Shown one piece after another: positions 58,906 through 64,000 of a DNA stretch of 64,000 nucleotides. How positions within the stretch are numbered: position 1 is the stretch's first letter; each line of letters begins with the position of its first letter. This DNA comes from Octopus vulgaris (taxonomy: Eukaryota). The stretch is from the NCBI GenBank assembly GCA_951406725.2, contig OX597843.1:20336001-20400000 (forward strand). The letters are read 5' to 3'. Below the pieces are notes generated by a model that made no database searches, was not told where the DNA came from, and saw only the letters and a list, made by a program, of their open reading frames with translations. Both the position numbers and the translations under genes were made by a program.

Positions 58906-60813
58906 TGTTTTAGAGAACCGGAACCAGATAACTTCACGTGTTCTTGCTATCTTATTCCGATTGATAGGTTTATCCGAGTATATAAAGGGTTTTGGAAGGG
59001 CATACGGGTGTTGATATCGGCGGGCATCGACGGGGTTAGTGTCCAGGGTCACCGAGTGGGGAGATTGTTTGTTAGATCATATACTACTTTAAAATTTGGG
59101 AGAGTAGTAGGACGATGGGTTATGCGGGATATTTTTTGTTTTATCTGGAGGACGGGCGTATTCTGGGTTCCGAGGTGAGTAGAGGGAGGCTTGTTCCACA
59201 TGGATATATTCGATCGAATTCGTATGACCGTCGCGGTGTAGGGCGTAATTATAATATTCAGCGTATTGTTCGAATATTTCCTTACTGGCGGACAGTGATG
59301 AAATCCGTTTTGATACGATATCTACGATAGACTTTAGGACAACTGGCGTTGTGGTTACAGGAAAAGTTGACGTAGTGTAGGTTCCCCTTAAGTTTATGGC
59401 ATGGGTAGAAAATTTGGCTTTGTGGATCTAGAGAAGCATTGGAGACTTTTGAAGTAGAGGTCGAGGCCAGGAGGATGAAGGCTGGCGAGAGGCTGATGAG
59501 GGTGGAAGGCGAGAAGATAAAATTGACACCACCCGAGGTGCTGGTGAACAGCGTTATGAGGAAGACAGTGACATACAGGACTGTGAGGGTCGCTACAGGA
59601 AGGATCGAGATAGCAACTGTGGAGGGGATCGAGTGGATGTTGGAAGGCATGAAAGGATGATAACCTTCGGAACAGGATGCAGGGAGTATGCAACTGTGGA
59701 TGTGAGTTTCACATCGGAGGAGGAAGCGATGAGGCATGCTACGGAGGTGGACCGCTCAGAAGAATGGATTCTTCTGGCATCCTGTTGCGGCGGTCGTGTG
59801 GCGAGGGTTCGGGTGGGCCAGGTGTCCCCTGAGCTGGAGGAGGCATGGCTGATGACGGCCAGTGTGTACAACATGGAGGACGAGGCTGGAATATTGAGGG
59901 CCACCAGAGCAAACAAGCTGCTGGGGCTGTGGGTTGGAGCTAACAATCCAGGCTAAAGTGGAGGACTTGAACGGAATGGCAGAGGAGATAGCGTTGCACT
60001 GGGAGTGAAGGTGGAAGGCAGGTCGCTTGTGTGTGTTTCGAGTGTGGCAAGGAGGGGCACATGAAGGCGAGATGCCCACGGAGGGAGCAGAGAGAGACTG
60101 AAGAGGGTGTCGAGCAGGCATTGACAGTAGAGAATAACGAGAAAACAGCGGAAGAAGAATTCACGCTAGTGGAAAGAAAAAGGAGGAGCGGTAGGGTACG
60201 TCCGCCATCGACTAACCAGAAAAAGAAGAAAGAAGAGGTGGGAAAGAAAGAGATAACGAGAAAGAAAGATGATAAAAGTGAAACGGAAAAGGAAAGTGAA
60301 AAAATAACTAAGAAGATGTGCGACAATGAGTCAGGGAAGGAGGAAGCAAGTATGAAGATGACAGGTGAATTGACGGAAGATTCAAGAACTCAACTACAAG
60401 AGGGTGAGATGGAGAAGCTGAAGACGGAGAAAGAGAAGGTCTCAGATTCAGAGAAGAGTATAGAGGAACCTATAATAAGAAAAGTAGTAAAAGAAGAAAG
60501 GAGAAGACCGAAAGAGGGTAAGAAAAAAATGTAATTTTGTGAAGTATTCTAAGAACAAGGATGTGGAGAAACAAATCGTAAAGTTCAGGCACATCATAAG
60601 GGTAAAGTTGTCAATGACGTGTACCAAGAGAGTGTGAAGGTCATTGTGGTCGATAGGGAAACCTATAAGAAACTTAGAGATATGTGCGGGGATTGAATTG
60701 ACCCGGCCAGAGCGTTGGTGGCGTTCAACGTGCTGCCCCGAGTAATTGATCTGTTAGAACTGGAGCCGTATATGTGACGTTAAAGGTGAAAAAAAGGAAA
60801 AAAGAAAGGAAAA
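58906..60813 (+). mobile_element. ORF1-only Tx1/L1-like element 2 (decayed)
   Basis: WILLASCCGGRVARVRVGQVSPELEEAWL, VKVEGR..CFECGKEGHMKARCP, FTLVERKRR and a K/E-rich tail; A-rich end at ~60789-60813; no ORF2 follows. Confidence 0.65.
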
Positions 60814-60849
60814 CGTTTCATATTTGTGTCTTATTTCGCAAGTCGACTT

Positions 60850-60939
60850 TTCCGAAGGAAATGAAGTTATAACTCAGGTAGTATAAGTTACTTTTATTAA
60901 ACGTAACTCGGCCGGGAACTTTATGATACCACTTCGTAT
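60850..60939 (+). mobile_element. Mariner 3' end with TIR (homologous to 43680-43760)
   Basis: gaagtta...ttttattaaa...ccgggaactttatgataccacttcgta. Confidence 0.6.
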
Positions 60940-61153
60940 ATATACGACAAGTTTCTAACAGTTACCGTGTAGCCAATTAACTAACATACACGGGTTTGTT
61001 CGGTTGAAGACCAGAGTACACGCAAAGGGACAGAATACAGAAGCAAAATTGTTATCACACAGACATACCAACGTCTAAGCGTATACTCACACATACACAC
61101 ACACATACTCACACATGAGGGAAATGGAAAATTGATTTTACGAGATTCGTCAA

Positions 61154-61257
61154 TCACTACGGCCGTTTCAGCCCGTCTTCAATCGGCCACTCACGGATGA
61201 GATAATGGTCGAGTGGACTCGGTGCATCTTTCTGTGCAGATGTTTCTCATCAGTTGA
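61154..61257 (-). ncRNA. Candidate hammerhead motif with extended helix II region
   Basis: Minus strand: tcaa CTGATGA g...ct GAAA cggccg TA gtga. Palindrome acggccgt; helix I/II junction pairs are imperfect. Confidence 0.5.
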
Positions 61258-62452
61258 CGTTTCAAAAAGCACCTCGCTCAATAAACTCGGTTTCACTCGG
61301 TTCGATTATAATGTATTTCGTTATGTTAAGAAGAAGAACAACAATAACAACAACAACAACAAAATCAGTAACAACGAGGAAGTCGATGATGAAGAAAAGA
61401 TAGTAGCAAGAAAACAGACAAGATGGACAAGCAAAACAATATGACAATTGCGAATGAGGATAGAAATGACAATAAAAATATATCAACGTAAGTAATATCA
61501 TTACACATACACACAAACGTACGAGGGACACACCAAACATTGTTTTATATTGTGGACGACTGACTACTCTAACATCCTTCCTAAAGAAATTGAAACGGCA
61601 TAAGCAGCCATCACAATGGACAGTTTGACCAAATTGCCCCAGCTGTAGCTCACTGTACAAATAGAAAATGACGACTACCAACTTCAGCCCCTCTTGTAAT
61701 TGTAGAGTTTTAAATAATTCATATCAATGAAGCAGAATCTCAAAAAAAGTGAGAATGAATATATTTCTATACGTTCTTTTCTTTTCTTGAAGTGTATATA
61801 GATTTTTCAAACGAATTCTGCATAAATATGTATTTCATAATATACCCACCTGTAGACACGAATACAAACATACATATTCTCATTCAATCGTACGCTCATA
61901 CACAAAATGTTAAATATTTATGCAGACACATACAGACACAAACAATTGCAGATACTTTCATACACACTCCAACACGAATATGGTAGCGGAATATACGTTA
62001 GAGATAAAGAGAGAAAAAGAAAGATGAAAAGACATGGAATCCCTAGAAAAATTTCGTAAATAAAATAATATCAAAAAACTTAAGCAACTTACATATTCTG
62101 TAAACCTGGAAGATTTCGAAAGGATCCTTGTTGGATGGTTGTGATCTGATTCCTCCAAAGAATTCTGAAACATAAAACACAGTTCAAAAGAAAAGTATTA
62201 AAAAGATTTCTGATAAAATATTAAATCTTTATCTTTAGAATCATATTAAGAAAAAGAGGACGGTGAAGGAGAAAATGGCCGAGATGATGTTGATGATGAT
62301 GATGAGGGGGAGGAGGATGGAGATGTTGATGGTAAATGTTGTAATAAGGACGGTGAGGAGGATTCGGGGGATAATGATGATGATGATTATCGAGAACGAC
62401 GAGAAAGGCTTCGATGAATTGGTGATGACGACGTTGATTATTGCGATGATTA

Positions 62453-64000
62453 CTTTATTACCCACCAGGGGGCGACATAGAACAAACAACACAATGACGA
62501 ATGATTTACAACAATAAATGCGTTTTGGGGTCAATTAAAATACATGGTGAATTTCGAGTTCGAATGATGGGACAATTACAAGAACAATTTTTTTTTTTAC
62601 AAAATGAAGTGGGGCGGGTCTACGGACCCCTCGATCCCCGCCAAGGCACTTAACCTTCTGTTTTTTTTTCTTTTTTTCAACATATCTCGTATTTGCGAGG
62701 GACCTTTTACTCACCACATTTTTCCACCTTTCGTCAAACACTTTCTTGCTCAGGCTCCTCCTCTCTAGTTCTATATGTCTTTTCAGGTGGAATTTAAAAT
62801 ATTCCACCAGACCTGAACCAGAGATGAAGTCGCCTGTTATTAACCCTTTCATCCTTGTCTTCCATACTGCCTGTTTCGCAGTTGCAACCACAGCGAGAAA
62901 ACAAAACGTACCTTCTTTCGTTAAGAAATCTGGTGGGCTGATTTTTACAATAGATTCGGCTGATAGCTGTACTCTCCGTTCACCTGACATCAGTTGTTCG
63001 GCACAAACCCACATCTCTGCCACCTCCGAACACTGCACGATCGCGTGCGAGACGGTTTCCCGTTCTCGCCCACATCTCGCACAGGTCGGGCTGACTTGGC
63101 AACCGTGCCTTGCAAGCTTGTCCCGAACAGTGCTCCTCGGTAACACTGCCATGCCAAAGACTTCTGGAAATTATCCAGGGTCTTCGGCCCGAATGTACGT
63201 TGGAACAGACTGGCCAGCTGATTATCGTCGAAACCTAGGGTTTCCCCTAGCGTATCATCGTTACCGGCCTCTACAAACCCTCTATAAAACACAGCGGTAG
63301 AACCACTGCCGCAGGCATTGCCCGAGCGACGGAATAGTCGGAGTGCCTTGCGACACTCCGTATACCACGTACCCAACTTCGATCTGCGATTATATCAGCC
63401 CTCCCGGCCAGCGAAACTGGTGAACCTGGGGAACATCTGTTTCGACAGCGGAGACCACACCCGTTCACTACCCAGATGGAGCCACAGGTGCCTTAGCCTC
63501 AGCGCATTTCTGCGCATCATTAGCCACGGCATCCCTAGTCCACCCTGTAACGGTTTTTGACAACAGACAGAGCGTCTCACAAGCGGTTTCGAGCCCTTCC
63601 ACAAGAAGCGAAAGAGCTGTCTCTCCAACTTGCTCAACCACGAATCCGGGCAAGGCACGACGGCAAGGCGGTAGGTGATCACCGATGCGATAAACACATT
63701 GGCTACCTCCGCCCTACCTTTCAAGGATAGCCACCGCCAAGACCAAGTCTTGGCTATTGCAGCCACCTTGCTCGATACCTCGCTCCAGTTCTTCTCTATT
63801 TGGAGGTCTGGACCGAACCAAACCCCGAGCAACTTAATCGGGCCCTCCGTCCAACGTCCCACGACACTGTCTTGAGGCATCGACTTGCCTCTCCAGGTGC
63901 CGAGTTGCAAGCCGACCGACTTTTCACGATTAACTTTTGCTCCTGTCACCGTCTCGTACACCTCTATGGCCTTGCCTACTTTACGTAGGTGGTCCACTTC
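62453..64000 (-). mobile_element. Tx1-clade LINE ORF2 3' part (second subfamily; runs off the window)
   Basis: TGAKVNREKS, LLGVWFG, WSWRWLSLKGR, FRFLWKG, GGLGMP; finger CARCGRERETVSHAIVQC; aataaag end next to a degenerate (ATC)n tract. Confidence 0.93.

Overview
AT-rich eukaryotic DNA made almost entirely of repeats, with no recognisable host gene. The SINE families suggest a cephalopod (Octopus-like) genome; that is an inference. The window is a mosaic of decayed transposons joined by (TA)n, (GATA)n and (CA)n tracts: RTE, CR1-type and Tx1-type LINEs, Penelope-like elements (PLEs; RT + GIY-YIG), tRNA-derived SINEs, and mariner and Tc1-like fossils. An ~8.8-kb direct duplication (3046-11900 / 31221-39990) carries a Helitron interrupted by a Gypsy LTR element. 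The most striking hidden signal is a set of about ten sequence-unrelated minimal type I hammerhead ribozyme motifs (CUGANGA...GAAA-palindrome-UH). They sit in short non-coding modules with direct or inverted repeats, including a 362-bp tandem retrozyme-like array whose core carries a compensatory U3-A8 swap. Also notable: a PLE with an extra upstream ORF joined to RT by an in-phase -1 slippery site, two adjacent ORF1-only Tx1/L1-like elements, and a hairpin 3' tail shared by CR1 LINEs and a SINE. All calls were made by eye, without database searches or folding software.
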